64,000 bases of DNA. Source: Phoronis australis (Eukaryota; Animalia; Phoronida). Position numbers and translations under genes: made by a program. Below the pieces are notes generated by a model that saw nothing but the letters and a program-made list of their open reading frames with translations, had not been told where the DNA came from and did no database searches. The DNA is taken from positions 1,008,624 to 1,072,623 of the forward strand of contig NMRA01000038.1 of the NCBI GenBank assembly GCA_002633005.1. Direction: 5' to 3'. Shown in pieces: positions 37,115 to 51,445 of the stretch. Within the stretch, counting starts at the first letter, position 1. The number at the start of each line of letters is the position of its first letter.

Positions 37115-39099
37115 CTGGAAGAAAATGATGGAATGTGATTTTAAATCATAAAGCAGCACCGTTTTGAGGAAACTTTTCTCAAACGTTCATTGTTGTTCGT
37201 TTTTAAGTAAATGTTAGGAGTAATGAGAATTCCTTTGAACCATAATCAATCCGTCTCTTTATTTAGTCTGAACGACAGTCTTGGACCAATTGAAGAAGTC
37301 CCATAGCGAACATTCTCTGAACGATGGACAACGGGTCCGGTACGTATTTTTTTAAATTTAGTCAGTCAAAAAACACCAAGTGCACATCCGCATATGTAGG
37401 CATTTTCCCCCGTTTTGTTGACATTATGAGAAAAACTAACATTATAGTTTGTTTTTCGAGAACTCGCTGCCCTCACGACGATATCTTTTTATTCCAAGGT
37501 CAAGTGATATATTGCAATATTTATATTGGATAAGGGGTTGTTTAAAAACCCGCACACCTCAACTAGCATCCTGTGACCCAGGGATACAATGCAATCTCAA
37601 GAAATTCATGACCGGACGCTATCTGACCGGATATTGGTTTCAAAGAACATCTTGAGAGATAACTGAATGGTCATTATTTTCTAGTGTTTGCTCTGAATCA
37701 ACCACTCAAATACATGTCTTTGAATTCGTTATAAGCGTTGTCTCGCCGGTCTATCGATAAATATATTCGACGGTTTTGCTTCGTATATTAGAAACCAGAG
37801 CGGGCAATTGACTAGTGACGAGTTAAGACAACTCGCACTCATGTACTGATGTATACCATTTTACCATGATACGCTCATTTATGAGTTAATTTATTCCATG
37901 ATTCAATGGAGAAGAAAGCAATGATTCTTGTCATCGAATTTTCCATAACTTACGAAAGATTTTAACTCAAACACTGACCACCTGTTAAAATTTGTCGATA
38001 CAAGTGCAATTATCTTGTCATTGAATGACAAAGGGGCTAGTGTTTAACGCTCAATAAAAGTATACTCTTTAACCCAAAAGCCTACTAACGTGGTTTTAAC
38101 TTTTATTAAATTTGTCGTCTGCATTTTTAAATCGGATTTTTGGTCAACCACAGTCATATGAAGATGAGAGAAGTCCATTGCGGTAAATATTGATTTGACA
38201 ATTTGAGTGTTTATTGCTCACAAGAGTATTAGTTTATGTTCGTCATGCGTATACTATAGCCCAGATTGTTGTCTGGGCAGTCAAAACCACGAACGTATGG
38301 AGTTCCTTCAGCCAGCGCCAAGAGAAGCCGGTTGCAAACAGGTCAAACACTTCACAGGTGCACTCAGCTACAATAGTGAACCAGATGTATTTCTTACGCC
38401 GTGTTGACTATGAAAAGTCTTTTAGAAATTTCCGGGCAAAGAGTTTAATAGTTAGCGAGACACGAGTGTAATCTCCTTGAACATAACGTATTGCTAGCGA
38501 GAATACGTTACAGTTTAGCTTTTTAGTCTGACGCAGCTCGCGACTTTTTCACAGTAACGTTAGACAGATAACAGACCATGCTAATCAAATTGAGTTTCCC
38601 CCATACGACACTAATAACGTTAAGCACATGTTTTATACTCGATGACCTAGTAATGACTCAACAACAATCAGGGAAAAAGAGTGTGAAAACATTGACCGGA
38701 TGTTAGTTGAACGAGGAAATTATTTGTTTTACCGATTATTAGGTCATCCATTTTTTGTACTAATCAGAAAAGAATGTTTATCTGTCAGGTCTAACGCGCG
38801 CGTCGTGGGAGAACAATGGATGATTGGGTAACAGATTTAAGAGTGAGTAAACTTGGCACATTCCAGTGTGAGTAATAAACTTCACGGTGAAACTTTTCAC
38901 GCTTCCGTACCTATCAATGAAATTTAGTCAATTATCAGTAAACCGAAGCAATAAATAAACCTTTATCTATTGTTTGCAAAAGTTGTTTTAAATGTGTGTA
39001 TTAGGCAGACGTACTTCTAACGATGCAGAAAAACTAGCCACAAAGTGATTACATTTTATGAACTTTAATAACCGAAGAAAATGACTGAGATATACTTAC

Positions 39100-39183
39100 A
39101 TCAGGGTCTAATTCTCCTATCACTGCCACAAGTGATAAACAAAGAACAGCACAACCCAAACATATCGTTAAAGGTTTATCCAT
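39100..39183 (-). CDS. Matrix metalloproteinase (M10A) exon 1: signal peptide
   Basis: First ATG downstream of the TATA box; MDKPLTICLGCAVLCLSLVAVIGELDPD (hydrophobic signal peptide), then gtaagt donor; 84 nt, phase 0. Confidence 0.85.
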
Positions 39184-39377
39184 CGTTTCCAATTTTCTCC
39201 GCAAATTTCACAGTCTTGTTTTCCTGAAGAGTTGCGCAAGTCAATCCGTTCCGAACCTTGCAAAGTTTCTGCGAATATGACCAGCCAATATTGTGCGCCA
39301 CAAAATCAAGTCCTAAGATACAAATCTTTCAAAACTGCCAACCAATATGGAAATGTTATCGAAGTCAAACAAGTTGT

Positions 39378-39497
39378 ATTTGACCGTGGACACTCTCAGG
39401 CCTTATTTATAGGCATTCACCGACTTACGCAGACTTCTCGTGGGATGCGCATTGACGCGTTTGAGAGTAACCAATTGGATTTACAGGTCAAAGGTCA
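39378..39497 (-). promoter_or_regulatory. MMP core and proximal promoter: TATAAATA (39411-39404), Inr-like TCAAAT (+1 ~39381), CCAATTGG (39471-39478), DR1 AGGTCAAAGGTCA (39485-39497)
   Basis: TATA lies 30 nt upstream of the Inr-like A; no ATG between the predicted TSS and the MMP start codon; motifs read directly from the sequence. Confidence 0.65.
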
Positions 39498-40201
39498 GTT
39501 GAGCATGTCCCATCTCTTGAGTGCCTTTGAGGGGTCACTCGATTACACACGATAATATTCTGATTACAGGCTTCAGCGGAAGCCCAGCATAAATTCCAAT
39601 AAAAGCGTAATTGGGTCGGTGAGCAATAATAACCATGTGACGTCACGCCTCGAGGAGTCGACATTGTTCAGCTAACCCGTGATATTCTGGTGTTTCCATT
39701 TTTCCCACAGATTGAAAAATTCGGTGGACAATTGCAAAATCATTCTCTCGAAATAGCGTAGCTTTTAATTTCAAAACCGTATGCTGTGGCCGATAGAATA
39801 GGTCATGACTTTGATGACGACGCATTGTCTTTGCAAAATTATGTTACGTAATCCAGAACAGAGGAAGAAACGCACCCTTGGTCAATTACAGAAGTTTTGA
39901 TGACGTATTTCTGGAAATTTGCCACTGACATGTGATTACACCCACAACAGGTTTTTTAGGCGATTTTGTCAATATTTACACTACGGGGCATTTACATCAT
40001 TGTTGAACCGATGGCTCATGACTGGACATACAATGGACATTAGGGCCTAAATATAGTTTACAGACACACAATGGTCAAAATCAACGAAAACTCTCTCTAA
40101 ACAAGCAAATAAAACTGCACAATGTGCTGTGTTTGTGTTGAAAATGGAGCGCTGTTAGACCAACGTTAACTGTGGCAGACCTCAAATTTCAGGAGTAAGG
40201 C

Positions 40202-40669
40202 TTAGTGTATATCTTTGAAGCACAAACTGCAGTAATTTTTCGTTGCGTAAATTTGTGGTTTGTGGGGTAACCCTCAAATTACGACAGTAGTGCTAACTTT
40301 CGAATTACTTATTGTCGCAGTATGATCAATCCGCAACTGGATACAGTGGGGAGTTGTTTGCAGTTTTGCGCATGGATGGTTCTGCCCCCGCCACTCCCCA
40401 GGATGGCCTACGACTCTGGGGAGTTGGGAAACTCGGGGGACAACACTTCCTCGTCGTTGAAGAGAAAGGTAATAACGAGTAGACACTATCAAAAGAATAG
40501 AAAATGCCATCAACGAACCGTTTTTAGCTTACGCAATCATCATTCTTCCTTCGTTCACAAAATTTACTGCAATTTGTGCTTGGAAGGTTTACACTAATAC
40601 AATTCTCGTAATCTCAGGGAAACGACATTTTGTACAACTCTCAAATTGTCGCAACGAAAATTACCACAG
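40202..40669. repeat. Fold-back element upstream of the MMP
   Basis: ttagtgtatatctttgaagcacaaactgcagtaattttt (40202-40240) is inverted at 40559-40598; gtaatttttcgttgcg is also inverted at ~40650-40666. Confidence 0.6.
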
Positions 40670-40908
40670 CTTGTTATTAAGAATGTATGCAAAATTATCG
40701 TAGTTTGAGGATTGTGCTTATTTATGCAGATCAGTGCGACAGACTGTGGCCTTACACTGCCCAGATGTAGTGACAGACCACCGTCACTTGCTTTCCCTTT
40801 ATCTTGTTAAAAGGGCGTACCTAAAATTTTGTTATCGTGCCGACAGTGGGGCTTCAAGTGACAAGTAATATGAAAATTTACAAAAGATTCATGTAAAAAA
40901 CTCTTAAT

Positions 40909-41069
40909 CATAGGCGGATCCAGGGGGTCAAGAGGCCCCGGCCCCCCTTCTCCCTCGATTTTAGTTATATCAAATCTAGAAATTGTTTCAAATTGTTGAC
41001 TTGGACCCCCCTTTCTAAAAAACCCTTGATCCGACCTCCCCCCCTTAAAAAACCCTGGATTCGCCCTTG
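40909..41069. mobile_element. MITE with GGCGGATCCAG termini
   Basis: cataggcggatccaggg ... ccctggattcgcccttg. Confidence 0.65.
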
Positions 41070-41389
41070 TTAACTGACTGTGGGTGTTGATAGTATGAGA
41101 CCTTCATGCTCAAGCGCGGTTTTAGGTGAGCTTTGTTACTAACATTAACAGTGGTTTAAAATAAACTAGACATCCCCGGGGGTAGTTTGACAAGGTCCGC
41201 TTATGACGTATTACAAAAGCTGGGTGAAAATGTTGGGAAAGTTCTGTCTGTGAATTTGATATTAATGATTTCTCTCTGAGTGTTTACCTGAATCAAGGAG
41301 TCGTGCGTCAAGGGTAGTTCGTAAACACTTTCTCAAGGTCTGGTGTTTCCAAAGATCGCAGTGCGATGTAAACTTAGTATGGAAAATTT

Positions 41390-41700
41390 AATGTTGTATT
41401 TGAACATAAAAACTATTTAAAAATTGATAATCTTCCATCTGTTTTTGCAAAGTGCCTTCGCTATGCAAACCCCCCTGACCCATGTAAGTTGAAACTGGAC
41501 ACCGTTTACTATTGACTATAAAAACAGAATGTGTACACTGTGCTCGCAGAATTTTGACAAAGAAGATGAATACCACTTTTGATTAATTTGCGATGCTTTC
41601 TGTGAAGTCGTAATTAAATATTTTGCTGAAAGCCTCCGTACAAATCCTTCTTCGTGATTCTTCATAGCTGGCAAGTAAACATGATTACTTCAGTTGTAAA
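41390..41700 (+). mobile_element. Decayed LINE (RTEX-like) ORF2 3' fragment
   Basis: VETG...NRMCTLCSQNFDKEDEYHFLI across frameshifts; same motif class as 11810-12210. Confidence 0.6.
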
Positions 41701-44700
41701 ATATGTGTGACAGTCATGCCTCTATAGAAAGAAGCCGCTAGTGTATGCATAAAAGCACAGCATTGTACTTCCTCACGGGTTGTAGTTTGGGTAGATGGTC
41801 ACGCGTACGAATAATAATACATAGTCTACAAACGGAGATTTTCGGATTATGTAAGCTAGGATTAATATCGCGACCTGATATCGCAATGGCGCAGCTTTTC
41901 CTACGTTCTCACAACATGCAATAGTACGCTGCATTCCAGCATTCCCCCGCACACACGCTTCAAGGTGGGTTTTCATAAGAACGTAAGAAGGTCCATGATA
42001 TGTAATTACGCTTCACTCGCCTATATACTTTTCTTACTTGCTATGTAATTAAGAAGAATCCAGCAAACGTACTACTGTAGGCTATCACGCTCCACATATC
42101 CTATAACGTTTAGATGATAGACATTATCATTCATCCCCAAAGGAGTTTCTTCCGAAAGCCTTTGCATAATATTTTTCGCATCCTTCGGTCAAAGAAAAAA
42201 ACATAATATTTATTTTATTCAATGTTTTTTTTAATTGATGCAGTGTCGTGTTTATTTTTAGTTGTCCATACTTTCAAAATGAAATGTCACCTGATCCTAG
42301 CTGAAATGGGGCATTGTCCGTCATTTTCCCCCGGGCAAGCAATCTTTTTTCTTTGATCTATTAGTGAAGCGCCTGCGTACTGAGACCAAGATCGGGGTCT
42401 AATCTTAGAACTTGGTATCGAACTCGAAATTAATTTTGATATCTTTCGTTCGACTTAATAAAACAGGCGATATGTGTTTATTATTCTAAGCTAAAGAATC
42501 CTATAATCCTCACAAATAACTGTCTAGTCCAAGGTCGTACTTGATGACTCCTAGATTCCTAGAGCTACAAGTTTTGCCAATGTCGTAACATTACAGAGAA
42601 TTCGAGAGGTGTTTAGCCCTACTCGATTTCAAGAAACTAGAGAAGTGTCTTCGCGCATTGCGTATTTCAGATATCCTAAGAATCACCGGCTTATCAAAAG
42701 AATGTGGATTTCGATAGTCGAAAATGTAAAATATATGCATACTACCTTCGTTGTTTATCCGCGTTTGGATATTAGTTACATACGTTACGTATTCTTTCAT
42801 CGAAATACACAAAACACTAAAGAGCGGCTATCCAGGTATACCAAGAATCCCAAACACATGATAACAGGGACTATTAACAAGCGAATTAATTTTGGTGCAT
42901 ACCAGGAATCTTGACAGGCCCGGAAAAGAACTGTGTCCTCCTCGTCGAGTTTTAAGTCACGAGACATAAGACTCATGCGCAAAAACAATTTGCGTTAAAC
43001 AACAATAATGACCGCATGCTGTCATACGTTTAGGGACCAATGTTGCCCAGTGCTATTGACGTCAGGCAAAAACCAAACTTAGTTTGGAGTTGAGAATTCA
43101 TACTAGACATAAGCCAATGAGGGGAATGTGGCAAAACATTTTCCCGTATTGAATGCGTAAAACCACAGAAATAACTCAAGAGATCTCCCAGTAAAGATCC
43201 GTTGAGTAAGTCTATTGAAAATCTTATCTATTCATTCCCAAATGATGTTCTAAAAAGTCTCATTGCATGTTTTTTCATTACAAACACACGAATCCAATGA
43301 GTTAAGTTCAATTGACGTAACTTTCACGTCTCCTGAAATGCGCCCGTTGCTCACAAAACATCGGAAAAATACTGGATAAAATGAAATGCATGGTTCAGTT
43401 GAAAATTAAAATTAGTTCTCCTGTATACAACTTCTATAATAAAAATAATGCCCAATTTCTGAATTCTACAACTGCGCACAATAGGAGTTCCAAGATGTTT
43501 TTGTTAAAATATGTGTTTTTGGGGACGAGCTCTCCAGCGCCGTTGTTGAGTACTTGTCTGCTTGTTCATTTGAGATTTTCCGTTTCGATTACGCCCCCTG
43601 GTGATGGACAGATATACTTTAGCTCACACAGTCTGTTTAAAATTAAAACGACTTTTTGTCTAGGAAGCCAGTCTTAGTTTAGTGTCAATGACGATGCGTC
43701 AATTTTCTGTGATGAATAAGTAATTTTCCATCAACCATTACAAAAATAGTTTTCGCTTTATTAGAAGAAACAGCTCTAATTTCAGAGGAAGTTTTTGCCC
43801 AACGTCACTGCCTTTCGTGTATGCGTGCGTCATCAAAAACGAGAGGGAAATTTTACTATAAGTGGGGATCAAATGTCAGTAAATTCAGTTCCGCATGTAG
43901 TAAGTGAAACTGCCGTGAAGTGACTTGCGCAATGCCGTTTGTCACTTTATATTTGAGGATGCGGACAATGTTCTTGACTGTCCTACAGCATGTGTTCACA
44001 AAGTATGGGAAAATGTTCCAAGCACAGTGACCAACTGCAGTACCTGAGAACCGACAAACTTCAGAGCCGGGAGCTAGGCAGTCCGCATGAGGAGTCCTCT
44101 GGATTGTATTTGGTCCCGGAACTGGAGTTAACTGGCTGGGTGTGAAGCATTTTCAGGAAATGTGTGGAGTTTAGAGTGACATGGGTCTGGGGACCGATTT
44201 GTAACGCAGGTTTGGTGTCTGCTGGTACTAGTTAAAACTTGGCATTTTGAAGACCGTAGCTGGAATTAAGAGGTGCAGAAATGGAAAAATTTCAACCCCC
44301 TTATTAGTGTTGAGTAAGTCGCTCCTGTTGGGTGACTGCGATTGCACAGGTGGAGCTGCCGTATGCGAGAACGTGTTGAAAGGCGAGTGGGCACGGAAAT
44401 AAATATGCTCCAGCGTAACACGAGTCTGTCATGGGAAGTCGTAAACAAATCGGCACATGACAATACGGAAATTAAACCATCTAAAGGATGAGAAAAGCCG
44501 CATTGCGGAGTTGCAAAATACACAGCTCCTTTTTTTTGGCGAAAATATTTATTGAATTTTACGTGAAATTACCAAGATTGGAAAGTTGATACAGGATGTG
44601 ACTGAGTGAAAAGGAGTGACCTCGTGAGTAAAATGAACAACACAATTAAACATAATACTTTCGGTTGTTGAAGACAACAAGCACTGAGTTTGATTACAAT

Positions 44701-47700
44701 TCCACAGTTACGTTTGCATGAGGCAATTAAAGGATCTCCGTCCGTTTTTGTTCCGGCAACAAGAGAAAACTTACCAAGCCAATTATACTTTTTACGTTAA
44801 ACAAAACGGTAATTTACTTTCTCAACAAGTAAAATAATTCTCTTATTTATGCTCAAATTCATATTTTTACCGCGATGAGATTTAGACAAATTATGCGCAT
44901 AGGTGCTGTAGCAGCTTTTTGCTGGAACACAATTTACGACACGAATTCTAAATTGCCACTCATTCAATTCTCAATATAATGCTTCTTTAAAATTGCGATC
45001 AAAGGTGGCGCGATTTACGTGTCATCGACATAAATGTACAGTGTAGGTATCGACTAAGGAATGTTTGAAATACAAGTTTTTGCTTACTTTAGGAACACAA
45101 ACAGACATGCGTACACAGTTTCGTTTCTGAGTACAATCATTCCATGCTGCTCTCAAATGTCAGTTTTCATACGATCTTGAAACGAACAACATTTTTTTAC
45201 AAAGAAAATGTTATAAATGGCGAAAATTAAATTAATTAATTGTGCGCAAGAAAATTTATTTGCAAACTTCTTTGCGAGAATGAATAATGTATCCTTCGCA
45301 TTAAATTAATTTTCATATTTTTTCTCTAACAGCAATTGATTTTAGCGGAAATATTGATTTGAAGATTTTATTCATTCAAAGCAAGATTATTTATTTTTTC
45401 TGTTGTGTATCACAACATATATAGTGAAAAGTTTTCCGGTTACTAAAACAACAAAATGTTCTAAGCTGGGTTTGAAATATAATGCACTGTACCCACAGCC
45501 TTTTAAAAAATAGCTGTCAAAAGGTTCAGCCTTTTGCTGTAAATTTTCCTCGAATTATTTGCGTGATAGTTGTAATTTTACTGCCGCAAACAATGTTGAA
45601 AATAAATGTTCGCAGGTAAATAAATTATCACGGACACTTTTAGGTGTTTATCTATAAAGCATCTATGATTTCGCTTGGAAGTAAATGTTGTATTTTACAG
45701 TCACAAACATGATGCCATTAAAAATGATGAAATTCCCTCAACTATACATACATGACTTGAACTGAAACACGTGGGCCCTGTTCGATACCTGTAACCTATG
45801 AGATCTTGACAGTAATAAAACGTAACATTTGTTAGAAATTCAAATCCATAACGTAATTGTCTCATTCAATAACTTCCAAGAAAGCGGGAAAATGGTGGAC
45901 ACAGACGTCATCTAAAATCTTGTTTGTAGTTTACAACACTCCCCCACTGAAACCTTAGATAAACCCCAACAGCGCTACAAGAGATAGTATCCTGTTGAAT
46001 ACGGCATTTAAAGGGTAAGTGTCAAGGTCATTAGGTGAAAAATAAAAACAATTTTAAGTCAAAGTATCCAGTTCTAGCGCCAACAAAGATAATTTGAAAT
46101 ATATTGGTACACTCCATTCCTATAAACAAAAAGCGAAAACAGTGATCGTGACGTCATCAGAATTTGTTTACACTTAGTGTGTGCTTAGTGCTTAGAGTAT
46201 GCGTCCAGGTACATACTTAGGTAAAGGAGTAAATATTTTCCGTCCGTAGCCAGGAAGTCTCGCGGCTAAACTGTGGGTGTAACCAAGATAGAATGTAAAA
46301 TGTCTTGTCAACACTGAAATGTTTTATGCTTCTATTCTGTGCAAGGAACATTCCATCAACAGAAACTGGACTAGTCCCATAACAAATATCCGAGAAACGG
46401 ATACATGAGTACGCCACGTACCTGGGAGAAACTATGATAGATAATTATTTTCACATATCAATGCCATACCTGAAGAAAGGGCGCTGCCTGATTTGCATTC
46501 ATTTCCCTCAAAAACGACAGGTATCGATTGCAAGATAATATTGACGTAATGTGGTCGAAACATGTTCAAGATGCAAGTAGTAACAGAGTAAAAATTAATT
46601 AAGGATTTTCGAGTGCTGATGTAAGTGAATGAAAAGGCGAATGGGGTTTTTTAATTGAAAGTTGGAAGCGGGACTTCTGTGTCATCCATGGATGTCAAAG
46701 TCGATTTAAAAAATTCACCATTTACCTTATTTGCCAAACTAAACAACGACAACCAAGGTATCATTGGATTTCTGAATGTATTAGGAGCTTGCAATAAAAG
46801 AATCTTTAGTTCTAAGACAGACATTCCTGTTTAGCTGACATTGTCCTAAGGACAATGACCTATGAGTAAAAAAGGAAAATCCGAGCACCCATAGCTCATG
46901 GGCGGCGCAGCACTGTTTTTATAAATGAGGGTCTATAACCCCCTACGGTGCGCTAAGATACTATAGCATGTAACTGTAATATCTGTGCCCATAGTAAACC
47001 CGCCATGCTCGAAACAAACTTTTGAGTAAGGACGAAAATATAATTAGGAAAGAATGCAGTATTACATTAGCTTGCTTACTGACCCAAAACCCGTGCGCGT
47101 AAACTGAGATTCTAACGACATCGCGATAAGGCTGGCAAAGGAATCTATGTTTATATATATAGGCCTCAGTTGCATATAGATAATAGACAATAATACTTCC
47201 ACACTGTTGCACGTTAGTTTTCCACTGTTTTTGCCAAAGCTTTTGACGTGATGTACAATCGAACGGGGAAGAAGTTTTATATGCAACCCATCCCAGCTTT
47301 TAATCAACCAGTGCTTCGATTGTCACACGCCTCTCTCCCAGTTATTAGACTTTCGACGTTCCGTTCAATTTAACTTCTACCGTTGTATGCTTGTAACATG
47401 CTTGATCAGCATTCTCAGTCAGGGTACGCTGGGTTCCATAGTAAATGCAGTGGGCGTATTATCGCTTTTTTCACATTCATTTGAAGCAATTGTTTTCAGC
47501 TCGACGTTCCAAAAAATAAATGCTATCAGAATCTACTGTGCACCGACCAGGCTGTATATATAATAATGAATTCTTCTTTGAAAGATAACGGGTTGCGCAT
47601 TGAAGCGACGGGAGAAGAATAAACGTGTGTCTATATCGTCATATCGTAATGAACACTCGTAGCGTCTGATCGTTATTCCTATCAGTTTATTAAAAACTGG

Positions 47701-50686
47701 CATAAACACCTAAAAGAGACGAGGCGACTTGAGCCGATATGGATAAATCGATTCAAAGTAAATCGATTTCGAACTTCGTAAACGGGGTAAAATGATACGA
47801 AACATCACCAGCTTAAGCAAACTAGGTTATAGGGAATTTTTCCTCACCTGATGCACTATTGCTTGACCGTTATCCATCAGAATGGGTTATTAAAAAAGTT
47901 CCGTCTAGATTACTGGCTACGGGAACCTCGAGTATAACTTGAGCGTAACTTTCAATCTCTTGTGGTATTTTGAAAAAATGCATTGATCAAATGACGACGA
48001 ATCGTAAATAATGTGCCATAAAGCATGATATTCATACTGTTAAAACGTCTCACCGGGATGAAGTCGTCCACGCCCAACTGTTGGCTGACAATTCATGCAA
48101 TCAACCATTCAACATTTCCATAGTCAATTCAACGGCTGCAGTTCATCTGCCCTTTTCGAGAGTTTGCTTCACGATGGTTAAGTTTCAGTTGGAATTTTGC
48201 TGAAACGAAGCACACCCCACTCTGCCGAACATTTCCTCGCAGCGTTAGGTTTGGTTTTCTGTGCAATGAAGTTGGGTGACTGGTAGCGCTCTCTATACAC
48301 CACGTGAGTAGTCACAGAACCGCCGCGTATTGCCTCTCGTTAATTCCTCTCTTCCATTTTTCCTTCTCATTGGAACACACGATTCTCCAGTCTAGTTGCT
48401 TCTATTCCACTAACATTCGTGTGCAGTCTTTGCGCCTAGAGTGAGACGCCAGCTGTTCCCAAGCCGTCTTTTTTGGCCCTGTTGAAGTCATCGAGGCATT
48501 AATTGCATGGTATCACAGGATACCCCTGGCATAGTTTTTGCACGGCGTGACCCACGTAAACACTTATGTTCAGACAGATTACGTATCACGTCCCAAGTCC
48601 ATTACGCAAGCCTTCAAACGTCAAAATTCCATAAACTAATTGGCGTCTCGTCACTATTATTATGACACGGCAGGGAGCTGTCCCGTCAAGTAACATTCAG
48701 ACTTCGTAACCAACAGTTTTTCACAAATTCTACGGTGGTAAATGGTGTTTAGCGTGAGTCAACACTTTTATGAAAAAGATTTTAGAAGTTGTGCAACCAT
48801 GTGCTGAACCAGACGTCGCCTTTTATAACAGACAACGCGCTTTCCGCCTTATTCACCTTAGTTGTTTTTTACTATCATTAAAAATTACTACTGGAATTTT
48901 CTGCTGACAAGTCCATCGTTAGATACGCCCAGTGTGCTTATAAGAGGAAAAATTCCCGCAGATACGCACAAGACGAACATTTCAGAGTAGAGGATGAGTA
49001 GTTGAATTTATAAATTTCCCTATAGTTTCATGTGAAATGGACGCCAAAACCGTAACCAAAATAACTTTTCAACAACAAATCTGTGGATGCAATCATATAT
49101 CAACATTCATGTATATTTGTTCTCTTGGTTTCAACTTGAGTGAGAAAAATGTCCCTCGAATTTTCCGTTTGTGCGCATGCGCTTGCTGCAGTATTGATAC
49201 ATCACGCGTATATTCGTCACTTCCAAACACACACCGGCACGTCATGGGTTGCATTTTTGGTGCCTAAACGAATATTTTCCGAATATACGTCCCGGCCTTA
49301 TCTGTAGAAAATCGTAGTGTCATATTTTCTTGCTTTTTCATGACGTGACTTGGCGATACAATTTTGCTTACCCGTCGCTTTGCAATTTAGATCTGATCAC
49401 TGACTAAGCGGGAAAACTAATTGTCTGTTGTGCACTCATGTATCGTTTTGGACCATGCGCGCCAAAAATGCAAATGGAAACAAACGCCTAGGATTCCTTT
49501 GCATTATTGTTTTAGCAAAAAATATAAGAAAATAAAGCTAAAAGGAATTGCGGGCGCTTCTAGAAACTTTGGGGGATACGCAGATCCAACGGAAGAGTAT
49601 CAATGTCTTCTCTTCACCTCTCGTTTTCACCTTTTGCGGTAGTGGCCACTGCGCATGAGCGCTCCTCATCATAAAGTCCAAGAACTGAAATCGGACTGAC
49701 TCATGGTGTATGTGGATCGGATGCATATATCACCGGCTTTCCCGATCCGGATGGTGTGATCCAGTGGGACCGCCTTAGAATTTGACGTGAATCAGTGTAG
49801 TTTAAACTTATTCCCGAATAATGCACTTTCAAGACGAAATCAAATATTTACAAAATATAAACCAGAATGAAATATGGGGTTTGCAAAATAAATTTATAAT
49901 TGGTAGCTATCGTTGAATAGCAACGAACTTCGCGGCATTTTGTGAATAACCAGTACTGAAAAAAATGTTAATACGCGCAAGACTCGCATTCACGAAGCGT
50001 TTTTATGTTTGGTGATGCCTTACGATTGATGAAATGTTTTCTTTTCTTAACGGTGAAAATAAAGGAAACTGTCTCTTTAATTAGATCACTTCAGTATTTT
50101 GTAACTACGCAGCGATAGTCTGGCATCTTAGTTCTACGTTGGTTTCTAATGGAAGCGTAACAATGGTTTTAGGATGCATGCTGTTAAAAGCACATAGCAA
50201 GATTTCACGATCACCTAAATATGCGTCTGAACAGAAAGGCGTGACACTCTTTTTCGTCATTACCTGGCTTAAAGTCATACAGGTTTCCGGCATGACCTAT
50301 CGAGCTAAATAATCGGATCCGAAATCGTACGGGATAATCGGAGACATTGGTCAAAAAGTCTCATGCGAAATATCGACATGTGTAGGCAGGGTTTACTTGC
50401 ACTAATCAATTTCTATAAAACAGTTGCAACTGCCCCAGTTCGCGGAACATTTAATTGGTCCTGCTAATTTACTCGCCAGGGAGTTCTTCGTCAACCGGTT
50501 ACGGGCTTGTTATATGTATTAGTTTGATGCTGGTGGTATTTTGATGAGGATTGGCGTGGTATTCTATGATACACACTGTAGCGAGCTGTGTTAGCCTGCG
50601 CAAGCGTAGCTTTTGAAGTTAAATGGCACACGGGTGAAAGAGAAAGTATTGCTCGTTCCTGGTATTAGGAGGCACTTCATTTCAAT

Positions 50687-51289
50687 ATGCAGACGGTAAA
50701 CTCAATCCATGAATTCACTGAGATGCTGACAGAATGCGTGAAAGGCGGCAGTTCGGAAATGGCCGAACTGCCAAATCATATATCCAGAAGAGACGGTGTC
50801 GATATGGGGACGCCGAGGTACAGAAAACAAAATGACCGAGTACCGTCGGGGAAAGTCGTTTTGAACATTAGTGGAGTTCGTTTTGAAACTACGGAGACGA
50901 CTTTAGCGGCAATACCGAACACACGACTTGCTTGTCTTTCCCACCACAGTGACAATTTCGAAAACGGAGAGTACTTTTTTGACCGGAACCCGGAATCATT
51001 TGGAGTTATCCTGGATTATTATCGTACACGTGAATTGCACATGCCATACAACGCGTGTGGTAAATTGTTCAAGCGGGAGCTTGAGTTTTGGGACATAGAT
51101 GACGATGAAATGTCGCTGTGTTGTTTGAAAAGGTACGGGGAAAGTGACGCAGTCGACGTTGTGATGGAGTCGTTCATTGACAGAACGAAGCCTCGTTATC
51201 ATGAAAATATCAACGTCTCCAACTGGGAGCAATGGAAACGTACTATCTGGAATTTCCTTGACAAACCATCATCATCAACCGCTGCTAAG
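50687..51289 (+). CDS. Voltage-gated K+ channel, Shaw/Kv3-like, coding exon 1 (T1/BTB tetramerisation domain)
   Basis: VVLNISGVRFET...IPNTRL...EYFFDRNP...ILDYYRTRELH; HX5CX20CC zinc motif (HMPYNAC-20-CC) of non-Shaker Kv families; ends PSSSTAAK|gtaatg, phase 0. Which in-frame ATG is used is uncertain. Confidence 0.93.
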
Positions 51290-51445
51290 GTAATGAATTT
51301 TTCACTAAATGGCTTCTTTATAAGAATTATGTCTACTGCAATCAAAAAAGATTTGTGATTTGCAAAATTGTCTCCAAATCCTCAGTAGAATTTAGATTCC
51401 TTCATGATGAAAACTTCTGTAATGAAATTGTCAAATCAAGCTCTC

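Noticed and set aside
44045-44259. Minus-strand coding exon with apparent AG/GT boundaries
   Set aside because: Stop codons occur in all three frames.
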